Shown here: piece after piece, positions 1 to 13,134 of the stretch
Layout: each line of letters opens with the position of its first letter
How positions within the stretch are numbered: the first letter of the stretch is position 1
DNA from: Chrysomallon squamiferum
Taxonomy: Eukaryota > Animalia > Mollusca
Reading direction: 5' to 3'
DNA: 64,000 nucleotides
Assembly: GCA_012295275.1 (NCBI GenBank)
Contig: CM022665.1
Coordinates: forward strand, 48,546,001 to 48,610,000
The notes under the pieces: model-generated
Seen by the model: the letters and a program-made list of their open reading frames with translations, nothing else
Told to the model about the DNA's origin: nothing
The model's database searches: none
Position numbers and translations under genes: made by a program

Positions 1-42
1 CCACACACACACACACCAACCCACACACACACACACACACAG

Positions 43-74
<32 letters not shown>

Positions 75-113
75 ACACACACACACACACCAACACACTC
101 ACACACACACACA
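1..113. repeat. (CA)n microsatellite
   Basis: Interrupted CA run. Confidence 0.95.
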
Positions 114-348
114 GTATATATGCAGAATTAAAGAAATGAAAGGATAAGGTATTTGTTTTTTAAATTTTTTTTTCTTTTTAATAAATCTAATGGCTTAACA
201 TAGTGTGAGATAGCTAGGTATATTTTGGAATCTGGATAAAAAAAAAAAATAATAATAAAATAAATAAATAATAAGTAAATTAAATAAGTAAATAATAATA
301 AATAAATATTAAGTTTATCATTAATAGTAAAAAAAAAGAAAAAAGAAA

Positions 349-386
<38 letters not shown>

Positions 387-606
387 TTATAATAATAATA
401 ATAACTACAACTGCAGATATATTCTACAAAACCTTTGTCCATTATTCATTCTCTTAAACATTAAACATCAAATGTGTTTTCAATTCAATTCCAGAACAGA
501 AAAAAAAAAATACCACTTTAATAAATGATAATCAAACAAACAAACAGATAAACAAAAAAACAAACAAAAAACCCGTTGCCATGGCGAAACTCATCCCTCC
601 ACTCAC

Positions 607-869
607 CTGTCTTTGTCGGTGACCGCCTTGTACGTGCAATCCTCGTCCGTGGGCAGTCGCACATCCACTGAGCTGGACCGCACGGTTTTGGGGATGTCGA
701 GGAGGATGTCGTCGAAGGAGGTTTTGCGCGGGCTGTCGTGGGGGGTGAGGGGGATGTAGGCCGCGTCCATCGACGACGAGCGCTGCTTGACGACGGGCAC
801 GTGCAGCGTGACGGCCTCCGTGTACGACGTCCCCGACTCCCGCCTCACGCGCACCGGCCGCCGCCAGCA
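607..869 (-). CDS. Same exon, 3' part after a 1-nt frameshift (..PVRVRRESGTSY...RSSSVDVRLPTDEDCTYKAVTDKDR)
   Basis: Same codon bias and motif type (LHVP..RSSSMD, LDIP..RSSSVD). Ends GAC AG|GTGAGT, a consensus phase-2 donor at 606-601. Confidence 0.8.
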
Positions 870-1423
870 TCATCCGAGCTGCCTTCCGAGTCACTGGAGT
901 AGTCGCAGCTGTCAGACGAGGACGTGGAGAGGCTGGAGTCCGAGGACAGGTAGAACGTCCCGTGCAACTTCATCTTCTTCTTCTGCTCCTTCTGCTCCTG
1001 CTCCTCCTCCTCCCGCTCCTTCGCCAGCGTCTCCAGATGCAGACAGTGCATGCAGATCCTGGGGATGTCGAGTGAAGCGCGGCGCGTCTGGTGAACGGGG
1101 ATCCTCAGACTGTTGTTGCTGTTGTAGTTGTCGGAGAGGTTCTCGTCAGAGGAGCCCACGCTCCACGTCCTTGCCGTGTCGAACGAGTGCGAGCGTCCGC
1201 CGATGCTGGACGCCGCGGGCACCTGCAGCAGCTCCGCGGAGGAGTCATGGAGGTTGGAGACGTCGAAGCTGGATGACCTCCCCCTGCACTCCAGCGGCAC
1301 CTGGAGGCTGGGGTTGGCGCAGTCGACTGACGTGGAGCGTTTCTGCCGAGGGAAACACAGCTTGGGAATCTCAAACGAGGACTGGGGCGACGTCTGCGGT
1401 GAGGATCTCTTGAAAATGTTCAT
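845..1423 (-). CDS. Long alternative first coding exon of type IV diacylglycerol kinase (rdgA-like N-terminus), 5' part
   Basis: GC-rich island with GC-rich third codon positions in AT-rich DNA. MNIFKRS...QSSFEIPK...RSTSVD, repeated RSxSFD motifs and CMHC resemble, from recall, the arthropod eye-specific DGK N-terminus (FKRS...QSSLEVPKQVRSASFD). Possible acceptor (cgcacag) at 1446-1445, 21 nt upstream of the ATG. The frame stops at 845-847 and coding continues in another frame. Confidence 0.8.
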   Translation of the reverse strand: MNIFKRSSPQTSPQSSFEIPKLCFPRQKRSTSVDCANPSLQVPLECRGRSSSFDVSNLHDSSAELLQVPAASSIGGRSHSFDTARTWSVGSSDENLSDNYNSNNSLRIPVHQTRRASLDIPRICMHCLHLETLAKEREEEEQEQKEQKKKMKLHGTFYLSSDSSLSTSSSDSCDYSSDSEGSSDDAGGGRCA

Positions 1424-1469
1424 CGTGAACTCATCCAGTGTTAACTGTGCGCTAAATAAAGGTATCTAC

Positions 1470-1745
1470 CAGGCAGGTATGCAGTAACGTTTTTTTATTA
1501 CTGTTAGGAAATACTGACGTATGTATCAGGCAGATGTAGAATAATAGTTTTTATTACACTGTACTGTTAGGAAATACTGATATATAAGAGGCAGATAGAG
1601 AATAATAGTTTTTATTACACAGTACAGTTAGGAAATACTGACGTATGTATCAGGCAGATGTAGAATAATAGTTTTTATTACACTGTACTGTTAGAAAATA
1701 CTGATATGGAACAGGCCGATGTAGAATAATGGTTTTTTATTACAC
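1470..1745. repeat. ~62-bp tandem repeat, ~4 copies
   Basis: Recurring ttaggaaatactga...caggcagatgtagaataatagtttttattacac. Confidence 0.9.
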
Positions 1746-2369
1746 AGTTATAAATCATCTGTTAGTCTCTCTGGTGTGCACTGTATTGTTTCTCAATAAA
1801 CACATATTTGTAAGTATCAAGTAACAAGTCAGATTGTATTACCTGTGTCCTTCACAGTGTACGTCAGCCTCTGTTCCATATTCTGTTCTTCTTCCACATT
1901 TCTCAGTATACTGTTCCATTGAACCATGTATCAAAGTATCATTTGTAGTATTTCAGAGTACCTTTTACCAGCATTTAAGCTGAATAGTCTCCCATCATTG
2001 CATATATCTCTGTATCACACGTTGTGCTGTGTAGTACCGTATATTGTATCACATTATCTTCTGTCCCATTGCAGCATGTGCAACTTTATCACATGTATCA
2101 CTGTATTGTATCTCAGTGTACCATATATCATTGTATCAGCTATTACATTACACTGTATCTCAATGTACCATGTTATATATCACTTGCTATAACATTTATT
2201 ATTATATCACTAAACCATGTATCACAATATCACCTATACTGTACCTCAATGTATCATCTGCACTGCATCCACAGTATTGTGTATCAATGTACCATGTACT
2301 ATGCTGTACACTCTCCCACTGTACCATGTATAACACCTGTACTGTATCACAGTGTATCTCACTGTATCA

Positions 2370-2678
2370 ATATATCACCTTTACTGTATTTCACTGAAGT
2401 ATTATATCACCTGTACTGTATTTCACTGAAGTATTATATCACCTGTACTGTATCTCACTGAAGTATGATATCACCTGTACTGTATCTCACTGAAGTATTA
2501 TATCACCTGTACTGTATTTCACTGAAGTATTATATCACCTGTACTGTATCTCACTGAAGTATGATATCACCTGTACTGTATCTCACTGAAGTATTATATC
2601 ACCTGTACTGTATCTCACTGAAGTATTATATCACCTGTACTGTATCTCACTGAAGTATGATATCACCTGTACTGTATA
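2370..2678. repeat. 32-bp minisatellite
   Basis: Unit atatcacctgtactgtatctcactgaagtatt, ~9 copies, with a degenerate related tract from ~1900. Confidence 0.95.
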
Positions 2679-4124
2679 TACGACATATATCCTGTTATAC
2701 ACGCGTCTGTTTTTTTTTTTATACCACATCTATCCCAGCAGTGTACAATGTCACAGACAAAAACATTCTCATCTCTGTGTAATGACAGCAATCCACTGTC
2801 AGTTGAAACAAAATTCAAACTGACGTTTAATCCATTTTCCAAGGCTTGCCTGGCTTACGTGTACCAGAGAGAGAGAGAGAGAGAGAGAGTGTGTGTGTAC
2901 ACCACTTTACAAAGTTGATCTCTGCCGCGAGAAGCAGAAATCACAAATAAGTTCTTCTCAGCTAATCAGCAAACGGTCCAGTCTGCTCAGCTGGTTTGCT
3001 CTGACAGGGATGTAACAACAACAAGAAGTTGGCTAGAAGCACAACATCGAGAAGATGTTCGTGTATCCGTACATATGTTTGAATGTCTGTGTGTATGTTT
3101 GTGTGCATGCATGCGTGTTATGTGTGTGTGTGTGTGTGTGTGTATTTATATATAAAAATGTGTTTGATTTCAGTGACGCAGAAAATACACAAATTTAATT
3201 AAAATTGCTTTCAAATCCTCTTTGTGTTTCCATGGAAATGCTATCAATTTTCTGCCAATTTTAACAGCTCACTGAAGTGTCTAATGAAATCCGTTTGAGA
3301 CAATAACTAAACTGCTAATTCACAGTGCTTTGTTTTCACCCTGTTATCTCCCTCTGTACTTGTCATCCACGCAAATTAATTAATTAATCGCAACCTTACA
3401 TGGCAAAAGTGTCAAACCTGACCACTGATTTCGCAGTAATTAATTAACTGTACCTCACTTGTCAACACGCTCAAGCTGACAATTCACAGAAACAAAGGAA
3501 ATAAGTGTGTCACTTGTTTGGCTTTAAAAAAATATATATATATATATTACACAGGTTAATCAATATGAGTGGAATAACAAAGGGTATGCGACACACACAG
3601 AGATTAATACAAACCAGTATCACACCCACAGTGAACACACAGCACCAGAAATGTAGTCTTTACTCCTGTAGAATATTTACCTTGAGAAAATCACCAGTCT
3701 TCAATACACAAATATTTTAAATATTTAACACACACTGAACAATATCAATATTTATCTGCTGTTAGGAAACTCCGTTTACTCGCAGACTGGCATTTAATAC
3801 ACTGCTTATTTTTTACCTGTTGTCTTCAGAGTTTCACGTTCTTAAAAAAACATTTTATTCTCAACAGGAGGAAATAATCAACAGTTAAATAAAGGTTTAA
3901 ATAAAACGCTGAAATGAACCAGAGATGAAATGAGTTTTTAACAAAATCACTGGAGATAAACCAGAGCTGGTGGAGAATTTGCATAAAAACACTAATCACT
4001 GTCAAATTCAGTTTAAAACAAACCTTTCACTTGGACAGTAAAAAACACCTTTTATTATCCGAGAAAAACCAGCAAGCGAAAAATAATCAAACTTGTGGAT
4101 TGTTTTATTGCTGTTTTTTAATGC

Positions 4125-4270
4125 AGTAAATTCAAATTCCTCTTGTTTGATATATCAAGTTCAGTAAATTCAAACTCCTCTTGTTTGAGACGTACAGTTC
4201 AGTAAATTCAAACTCCTCTCGTTTGAGACGTACAGTTCAGTAAATTCAAACACCTCTCGTTTGATATATA
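4125..4270. repeat. ~38-bp tandem repeat
   Basis: agtaaattcaaactcctcttgtttgagacgtacagttc, ~4 copies. Confidence 0.85.
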
Positions 4271-4594
4271 CACCCACAAACTCAAACACCCCTTCTAAAC
4301 ACATCCAAGTTCCAATAAGAAAAACCACTGAAAAGTTTAAACCATCAGAGAGTGAACACAGACACACAGAGAGAGAGAGAGAGTCCACTAACCGGTCAGC
4401 GTATGTCCAGTGTCCAGAGTGAAACTAGTGGGCAATAAGCCGGAGTACCAGTGAGTTTATCTGTCCCAGTATCTAACAGCAGACAAGTTTCCCGCTGAAG
4501 GAGAAAACGAGGCAGAGAGAGGCTCGCTCACCCACATTGCTAGAGATAAGTGCTTACTGTGTAGTTACACTGACTCGTCATCTCATCGGTTAGA

Positions 4595-4980
4595 AATCAT
4601 CTCATGTGTTCTGTTTATGTTAAACATCATCTCATGTGTTCTGTTTGTGTTAAACATCATCTCATGTGTTCTGTTTATGTTAAACATCATCTGTTTTATT
4701 TATGTTAACAATCATCTGTTTTATTTATGTTATAAATCATCTTTTTATTTACATTAAAAATGATCTGGTGTGTTTTATTTACATTAAAAATCATTTGATG
4801 TGTTTTATTTACATTAAAAATCATCTGATGTGTTTTATTTACATTAAAAATCATCTGATGTGTTTTATTTACATTAAGAATTGTCAATGTTTTATTTATA
4901 TTAAAAATCATTTGATGTGTTTTATTTACATTAAAAATCATCTGATGTGTTTTATTATATTAACAATCATTTCATGTTTA
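4595..4980. repeat. 30-bp minisatellite with two related variants
   Basis: aaacatcatctcatgtgttctgtttatgtt grades into aaaaatcatctgatgtgttttatttacatt. Confidence 0.9.
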
Positions 4981-5707
4981 ATACAGGTATACTAACAGTC
5001 TAACTAAATATCAACACACATATTTGACTTTCAGTGACTGTTTGTTTGGCACATTTAACACTGACGTTGCTTACGCCAGTTATTACACAGTGCACTGAAA
5101 ATATCTGTTTTACTGTCACAGGAAGAAAAGTGATATTTTTAACACTCACAGATGTTACTGTATCAGCCTCATTTTAGATCAACTCACTCACACAGACACA
5201 TCTGAATATATGTTTTATAAAAAAAAAAATTATATGTACAATACGAGTGATATTACATCTTGATAACCTTTGATAAACAATATAACACAATCCACAGAAA
5301 GCGAAATATAAATAATGTACTGATGGATAGGGATGTGTCTGTGCGTGCATGCATACAAATATGAGTGAATGTCTGTGCGTGTGTGTCTGTCTGTCTGACT
5401 GTCTCTGATTGTTAGTGAGAACTGTTATTATTTATACATCAGTTCTGTTTACACTTTATTGATTTATTCATATCCTTCTCCTTTCCACGTAATTATAATG
5501 TACACTAATCTACATATGCCTGGCTTCTTTTCATACTGCAAAGACAATGTCGACTGTTTTGTTAGGACACATGTATTGATTGTCACTGTACGCTTTTTAC
5601 TTTCACTTGACTGGAGAGACACAGGTGTGTCTGTGTGTGTGTGTGTGTGTATGTGTGTATGTGTGTGTACATGTGTGTGTGTGTGTGAGAGAAATATATA
5701 TATATAT

Positions 5708-5743
<36 letters not shown>

Positions 5744-5884
5744 TTAGATAGATAGATGGATAAAGAGAGAGAGAGAGAGAATTTCATACATCAAGCATTT
5801 GTCGTAGATTGGAATGGAAAATAAAACCCACTGTCCAGATACCATAACACTTCATCACTGACATTATAATAACTCTTGATCAAA

Positions 5885-6050
5885 GATATTACAAATAACA
5901 ATCACAGATATTACAAACAACAATCACAGATAATTACAAATAACAATCACAGATATTACAAATAACAATCAGAGATATTATGACAACACCAGATTACAGA
6001 TATTACAAATAACAATCACAGATATTACAAATAATAATCACAGATATTAC
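5885..6050. repeat. 22-bp minisatellite
   Basis: Unit acagatattacaaataacaatc. Confidence 0.9.
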
Positions 6051-6469
6051 ATTTAACGTCAGATACTTTAACCCCCCTGACTAAGCGTGCTGTGCAACCA
6101 AGCGTCAAGTGTGACAGTTCTTGATTGCAAGTTAACATCTCACATCCATAAAGACTGGACAGTTGACCACACTGACCATCCCCCCCACCCCTGAGTGACA
6201 GCAGGTCAGCGCTGAGTGGGTGCTATGGGAAACTGAATTAACTGAGAAGCTCAAAGTTAAAGCTTTCTCATCCTACAAGTCAGTGATGTGTGGAGGGTGG
6301 GGCAGGGCAGGGCAGGGCAGGGCAGGACAGTGACCTTTGACCTGACCTGTCAGTCAGCTAGTAAATCAGATAGCAAGTGTGTGTTTGATGTTGACACCTC
6401 ATTAGACTGATTGCCAGGATCAACAATCATTACATTACTTTTCTATTAGAGTCTGGCAGTTTTTAATTT

Positions 6470-7017
6470 TCTCACTACATTAAGTTATTACTACATTATA
6501 TTATTAGTACATTATATTATTGCTACATTATATTATTACTACATTATATTATTACTACATTATGTTATCACTACATTATGTTATCACTACATTATATTAT
6601 TACTACATTATATTATTAGTACATTATATTATTGCTACATTATATTATTACTACATTATATTATTACTACATTATGTTATTACTGCATTATATTATCACT
6701 ACATTATATTATTACTACATTATGTTATCACTACATTATATTATTACTACATTATGTTATCACTACATTATGTTATCACTACATTATATTATCACTACAT
6801 TATATTATCACTACATTATATTATCACTACATTATGTTATCACATTATGTTATCACTACATTACATTATTACTACATTATGTTATCACTACATTATATTA
6901 TCACTACATTATATTATCACTACATTATATTATCACTACATTACATTATTACTACATTATATTATCACTATATTACATTATTACTACATTATATTATCAC
7001 TACATTATATTATTACT
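6470..7017. repeat. 16-bp minisatellite
   Basis: Unit acattatattatcact, >30 copies. Confidence 0.95.
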
Positions 7018-7222
7018 CTTAGACCTATCATATTTTGTTTTATCGTATTTTTTATTTTTTTGTATCATCTAGCTGAAAAATATCTTTCAGTTTTTTTTTT
7101 TAAAGTGAGCTTGGTTAAAACCCAATCACATATCTCTGTGTGTATTTAAAAAGTGAGTAAGTAAATTAAAGTTATCACCTGTTAATGTTAAAACCACATG
7201 TCTGTGTATTTAGAAGTAAATA
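7011..7222 (+). repeat. Dispersed duplicated element, copy 1
   Basis: Colinear similarity to 13160-13378 (ctcttagacct...tgtatcatctag...atatctttcagtttt...gagtaagt...atgttaaaaccaca). Confidence 0.85.
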
Positions 7223-8114
7223 AAATATACCTTCCCTGCTAGTGACAAATATCAGCAATGTTTCATATTATGTTGCTTTTTATTTTTGTATTATATATAT
7301 ATATATACATACATACATACATACATATATATATGATATGATATATATACTTGATGTGATAGTCCTATTAGCAAAAATAGAAGTTCTGGATAAACCTTCC
7401 CTCAAACAGAAGTAAAACAAATAATAAAATAACAACACATGTCATAGCTAGGAGCACCAGTTGGAACTGACTAAACAATGAGTGTGTGCACAAGTCAGGA
7501 ATGATCCCATGTCCTACCACACCTCACAGAAACACTAAAAACTGCAATCCTCTCCATGTTTGCCTAACACTTGACTATCTTGAAAAATCTACAACAATTC
7601 TGAACATAAACTACAATCAAGAGAACCATAAAAAACAGTTTTTTTTTTTCTCTCTCTTGCCACACAAAACAAACTGGTCACATCACACTTACAAAAAACA
7701 ACAGCTCACTAAATATTCAGCAGTTTCTTTGTAAATGTTAATTTGCTGATGATGCACATTAACTGAGACTGAGCTTGTCTGTGACTGTTGAGGCAACGGC
7801 TGTTACAACTGCTGTTACAACTGCTGTTACGCAAGGCCCACACATTTGGCCAAGTAACACATCTGTCTTCGTCATGTGATACGTGAACTTAATATACACT
7901 TTAAACTGGAGAACTGTAGGCAGAGAGTGAATGTATCAGTCGCAGAAAGTAAAAAGTAAAAAGTACAAATGTAGAAGAGGTTACAGTAAAACTAGTACAA
8001 TCCTGAAGTCAGTTTGATAATACATAGCCAGATTGAAATCAGAAATAAATACAAATTTTTATACATTTTCAAATGAACATGTGAAAAACATCTGTCCTTT
8101 TCTCATTCTTCCTT

Positions 8115-8171
<57 letters not shown>

Positions 8172-8740
8172 ATGCTCTCATGCACACACACATTGTTACT
8201 TTTTCCTTTGTTTTTTTTTCAAATTTACCATACACTTTTTTCATTCATTTAGTGCATTAATACATATTATTTATTATTTATATATAAATATAATTTTTTC
8301 TTTCTTTCTCTGAATCCATCTCGTAATTAACTGAAATGTCTTAATTAATCAATAAGCGTGTCTGTTTGCTGCACTTCATGGTGATTGACGTCTCAGATGA
8401 ACGTTCACTTGCTTACATCAGAAAACTTTCCATGAAAGATTTCAACTGAACTCAACAAATCCGTGACCACTGACATGCTATTTACAGACACTTTTATAGA
8501 AATTCACCATAACATGTTCTTTTCAGAGTGTGTTATGTGTTTGTAATTGTATGCATGTATGTATGTAGTATGTGAATATGTATCTGTTTTTGTGTGTGTG
8601 TGTGTGTGTGTGTATGTGTGTCTGTTTCTGTATATGTGTAGTGTTTGTGTGCTTATGTATATATGAATATATATATTTTTCCCAGAGATTTTATTTTTAA
8701 TTTTCTAGTATAAATGATTAGTTAAACCTAGTGTTATTTT

Positions 8741-8796
<56 letters not shown>

Positions 8797-9169
8797 GACA
8801 GACAGGGACATTTACACACATATGTATACAAGCATAAATACATAAACACACATACACACATATCTTTTGTTCTCAAATTGACAGTATCAGTAAATGAACA
8901 TAACCAGGAGAAATCAACATACAACCTGCCAAATCATGAATAACTGAAGTAAAATATTGTGTCAGAGAACAGAATTGAACCCACAACCTACCAATTCACG
9001 AGTGTACAGACTACTACAGTACAGTATATCACAGTGTTTAATTAAGATGTGTTGTTGAAGATTCACGATTCGCCAAGCTGCAGACACATTTGTTTTAAAA
9101 CTAACAAGTCCTCTGTCAGTGTCCTGTTAGCCATTAGTCCTGTTTTCACACAACTCATAAATTAAATCA

Positions 9170-9293
9170 AAAATAAATAAGTAAGTAAGTAAGTAAATTA
9201 CTTAATTAATAAACAAATAAGTAAACAAACAAACAAACAAATAAATAAGTAAATAAATAAATAAATAAATAAATAGATAAATAAATAAATATA

Positions 9294-9336
<43 letters not shown>

Positions 9337-9675
9337 ACAAACAAACAAACAAACAAACAAACAAATAAATAAACAAACAAACAAACAAACAAACAAACAA
9401 ACAAACAAACAAATAAATAAATAAGTAAATATGTAAGTAAGCAAGCAAGGAAATAAATAAATCAAATCAAATCAAATCAAATAAAAAAACAAATAATAAA
9501 ATAAAATAAAAAATAATAATAAAAAAAATAAAAAAAATAAAGAAAAATAAAATAAAATAAAGAAAATAATAATAAAAAAAAATAAAAATATAAAATAAAA
9601 TAAATAAAATACAATAAAACAAAATGAAATAAAAAAAAATAAATAAATAAAATAAAAAATAAAATAAATAAATCA
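9170..9675. repeat. (AAAT)n/(AAAC)n and A-rich low-complexity tract
   Basis: Direct inspection. Confidence 0.95.
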
Positions 9676-9973
9676 CATCTGACAAGATTTCATTACACAG
9701 AAAACTCAGTTTTATTTCAACAAGGGCAACTGTAAACTCAAAATGACAACTGTAAACTCAAAATGACAACTGTAAACTCAAAATGACCACCCACACATTT
9801 GAAACAAAAGATTAACTGCCAGTGGAGCTCAAAGGTTTGTTTTTACAAAGGTGATTAGCAGACATGAAGATTATTACTATTACTGCAAAGTGTATATATC
9901 TATATAAAATATCACTTTTCAAACAACACCTCAACAAGTTTGACATTAAAGATAGTATTCAGTGTTACATTAA

Positions 9974-10022
<49 letters not shown>

Positions 10023-10224
10023 AAAAAAAGCAATCTGAAAAGAATTAACTGCAGAGAAACAGATATTTTTCTATTACAAGGACAGACAGGAAGGTTATTA
10101 CGTGTTACGTGAAATATCACTTTTTTAACGACCAGGTTAATACTGCAGATATCACACACTACACGTGTTTCTAAAATGATGACACAAGAAGTTAACCCAC
10201 GACCGTCATTCTCCTGGCAATTAC

Positions 10225-10259
10225 CGACGACTGATGTCTGTGTGTGTCAGCCAAACCAT
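10225..10259 (-). CDS. Candidate short alternative first exon: MVWLTHTDISR-R (frame open upstream to ATG 10514)
   Basis: Strong Kozak context gccATGG at 10259; ends CGT CG|GTAATT, phase-2 split Arg. Lies in a ~430-bp non-repetitive, CpG-containing island (10190-10620). Confidence 0.45.
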
Positions 10260-10895
10260 GGCTCTGTGAAGTAATAAACTTCGTGTTTGGCCAGCAGTTG
10301 GAACTGGAAATAATTGACTGACAATATATGAGATCCTGCAAGCGGGCAAGCGAGTGGCAGTGATGATGTTTGGCTCGCAGTATTGATCAGTGTAAAATGA
10401 TACGTCTGTTACAATCTTTTTGTCTAACTCGCAGATCTGCGCAGCAAAGATGAACATGACAAGACGCTGCAGCGACGCCGACGTCTCTTTGAATACCAAA
10501 ATAGATCTGATCATGACTTCTGCATCTGATCCTTGCTACAGCATCACCGATGCTCGCATCGAGATTTTCTGACCAGATCCCTGGCTTTTTACATGCTTGC
10601 ATCTGTCTGTACATCATTCTCTAGTTAGAAGATTTGTCCTTGGGAAAAAAACACCAACTAGATTAAACAGAAATATCTCAGTTTAAAAAACTGCAGACGA
10701 AAAAAAAAAATATAAAAAGAGTTCAAAGACACTGAACAGTGATGTAGAAAGAGTGAATCTCATAAGAATAAAACTTAAAAATCAAATAAACAGACATCAA
10801 ATCATTTTTTTTATTTTTTGTTTTCTTTGTCTGTCTCATATTTTCACACCCACACAAACACACAGACATCTCTATAACCCCACATCTGCATGCAG

Positions 10896-10933
<38 letters not shown>

Positions 10934-11199
10934 TCATTTTTTGTATATTAGCACTGACAGTGTGGCTATGTAAAAAAAAACATAGATTTGAGTGATTACT
11001 GATTTAATGAAACATGACATCTGTCTGTCTGAAATGTTTAGTGTTTTATAATCAGACTGGTTTTTTTGTTTTGACTGTTCTCAACATCTGAAATGTTTTA
11101 ACTTTAAAAATCACATCAGTGTTATTACCGTATCACAGAAAGAAAACAAATTCTAAACAAAAAAAACTCTCATTATTATTATCCTGTTGCTGTTTTTTC

Positions 11200-11960
11200 A
11201 ATATTAATTTTCCTGTTCCTGTATTAATTTTCCTGTTGTTATATTAATTTTCCTGTTGTTATATTAATTTTCCTGTTGTTATATTAATTTTCCTGTTGTT
11301 GTGTGCTTATATTAATTCACCTGTTGCTGTGTTGCTACAATATTAATTTTCCTGTTGTTATATTAATTTTCCTGTTGTTATATTAATTCTCCTGTTGTTA
11401 TATTAATTCACCTGTTCCTGTGTTGTTACAATATAAATTTTCCTGTTGTTATATTAATTTTCCTGTTGTTATATTAATTCTCCTGTTGTTATATTAATTC
11501 TCCTGTTGTTATATTAATTTTCCTGTTGTTGTGTGCTTATATTAATTCACCTGTTGCTGTGTTGTTACAATATTAATTTTCCTGTTGTTATATTAATTCT
11601 CCTGTTGTTATATTAATTCACCTGTTCCTGTGTTGTTACAATATAAATTTTCCTGTTGTTGTGTGCTTATATTAATTCACCTGTTCCTGTGTTGTTACAA
11701 TATAAATTTTCCTGTTGTTATATTAATTCACCTGTTCCTGTGTTGTTACAATATAAATTTTCCTGTTGTTATATTAATTCACCTGTTGCTGTGTTGCTAC
11801 AATATTAATTTTCCTGTTGTTATATTAATTTTCCTGTTGTTATATTAATTCTCCTGTTGTTATATTAATTCTCCTGTTGTTATATTAATTCTCCTGTTGT
11901 TATATTATATTTCCTGTTGTTGTGTTAATTTTCCTGTTGTTGTGTTAATTTTCCTGTTGC
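11200..11960. repeat. 20-bp minisatellite with inserted variants
   Basis: Unit atattaattttcctgttgtt, interspersed with cacctgttcctgtgttgttaca variants. Confidence 0.95.
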
Positions 11961-12166
11961 TGTGTTGTTATTTAGTTTCAGTGTTTCATTAGACCTCTGT
12001 GACACTCTTACTGAATTCATTATTTCCTTAGCTAAGCAGGTGACTCACCTGCAACGATCTACCTGTAGTTACAGGTGTCTGCATAAAATATTAATGACTA
12101 GAAAGTGTCAGACACTAATTAGCTGTGGGAAATGTACAGGTAAACCTGTCAGTGACATCATTAAAA

Positions 12167-13060
12167 TGTGTGTGTGTGTGTGTGTGCGTTTGTTGCTAAG
12201 TGGGTATGTGTATGTGTCTATGTGTGTGTCTGTGTATCTGTCTGTATGTGTGTGTTTGTGTGTGTGTGTGGGTTTGTGTGTCTGTCTGTATGTGTGTGTT
12301 TGTGTGTGTGTGTGGGTTTGTGTGTGTGTGGGTCTTGTGTGTGTGTGTGTGTGTGAGTGTCTCTGTATTTGTGTGTGTCAGTGTGTATGTGTTGGTAAGT
12401 GGGTTTGTGTGCCTGTGTGTCCCTGTGTTTGTGTGTCTCTGTATTTGTGTGTCGGTGTGAGTATGTGTGTCTGTATGTTTGTGTGTGTGTATTTGTGACA
12501 GACAGAAGGTCATACAAACTTACAGAGATAGAAAAACAGCAAGGGTGAGAGAAAGAGAAAAACAGAAGGAGAAAGAGAAAAACAGAAGATGAAAGAGAAA
12601 TACAGAGAGTGATATAGTGATGTATAGATATGGAGAGAGAGACAGAGAGAAAAAGAGAAAGACAGAGAAGATGAGAGAGAAATACAAAGAGTGATATAGT
12701 GATGTATAGATATGGAGAGAGAGACAGAGAGAGAGAGAGTGGCAGAGATAGAGAGAGATAGGGTGAGAGAAAGAGAAAGACAGAGAAGATGAGAGAGAAA
12801 TACAGAGAGTGATATAGTGATGTATAGATATGGAGAGAGTGATGTATAGATATGGAGAGAGAGACAGAGAGAGAGAGAGTGGCAGAGATAGAGAGAGATA
12901 GGGTGAGAGAAAGAGAAAGACAGAGAAGATGAGAGAGAAATACAGAGAGTGATATAGTGATGTATAGATATGGAGAGAGAGACAGAGAGAGAGAGAGTGG
13001 CAGAGATATGGTGAGAGAAAGATATAGACAGAGAGAGTGATATAATGAAGTATATACACG
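12167..13060. repeat. GT-rich tract followed by AG-rich composite repeat
   Basis: The AG part repeats aaatacagagagtgatatagtgatgtatagatatggagag four times. Confidence 0.9.
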
Positions 13061-13134
13061 GAGAGTATTTGTATTTGAATGCATACACGAGAATGTGGTG
13101 TGTGTCTGGGTATACATAAAAGTCTGTAGATAGA

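Noticed and set aside
845-869. Programmed -1 ribosomal frameshift
   Set aside because: No slippery heptamer; other signs of consensus error in the window make an assembly indel more parsimonious.
787-1487. Plus-strand ORFs (208, 119, 61 aa) and minus-strand ORFs 532-894 and 1105-1374
   Set aside because: Shadow frames of the GC-rich DGK exon; no independent motifs.
8965-9025. B-box-like GGGTTCAATTC on the minus strand (tRNA?)
   Set aside because: No cloverleaf can be built; at most a SINE remnant.
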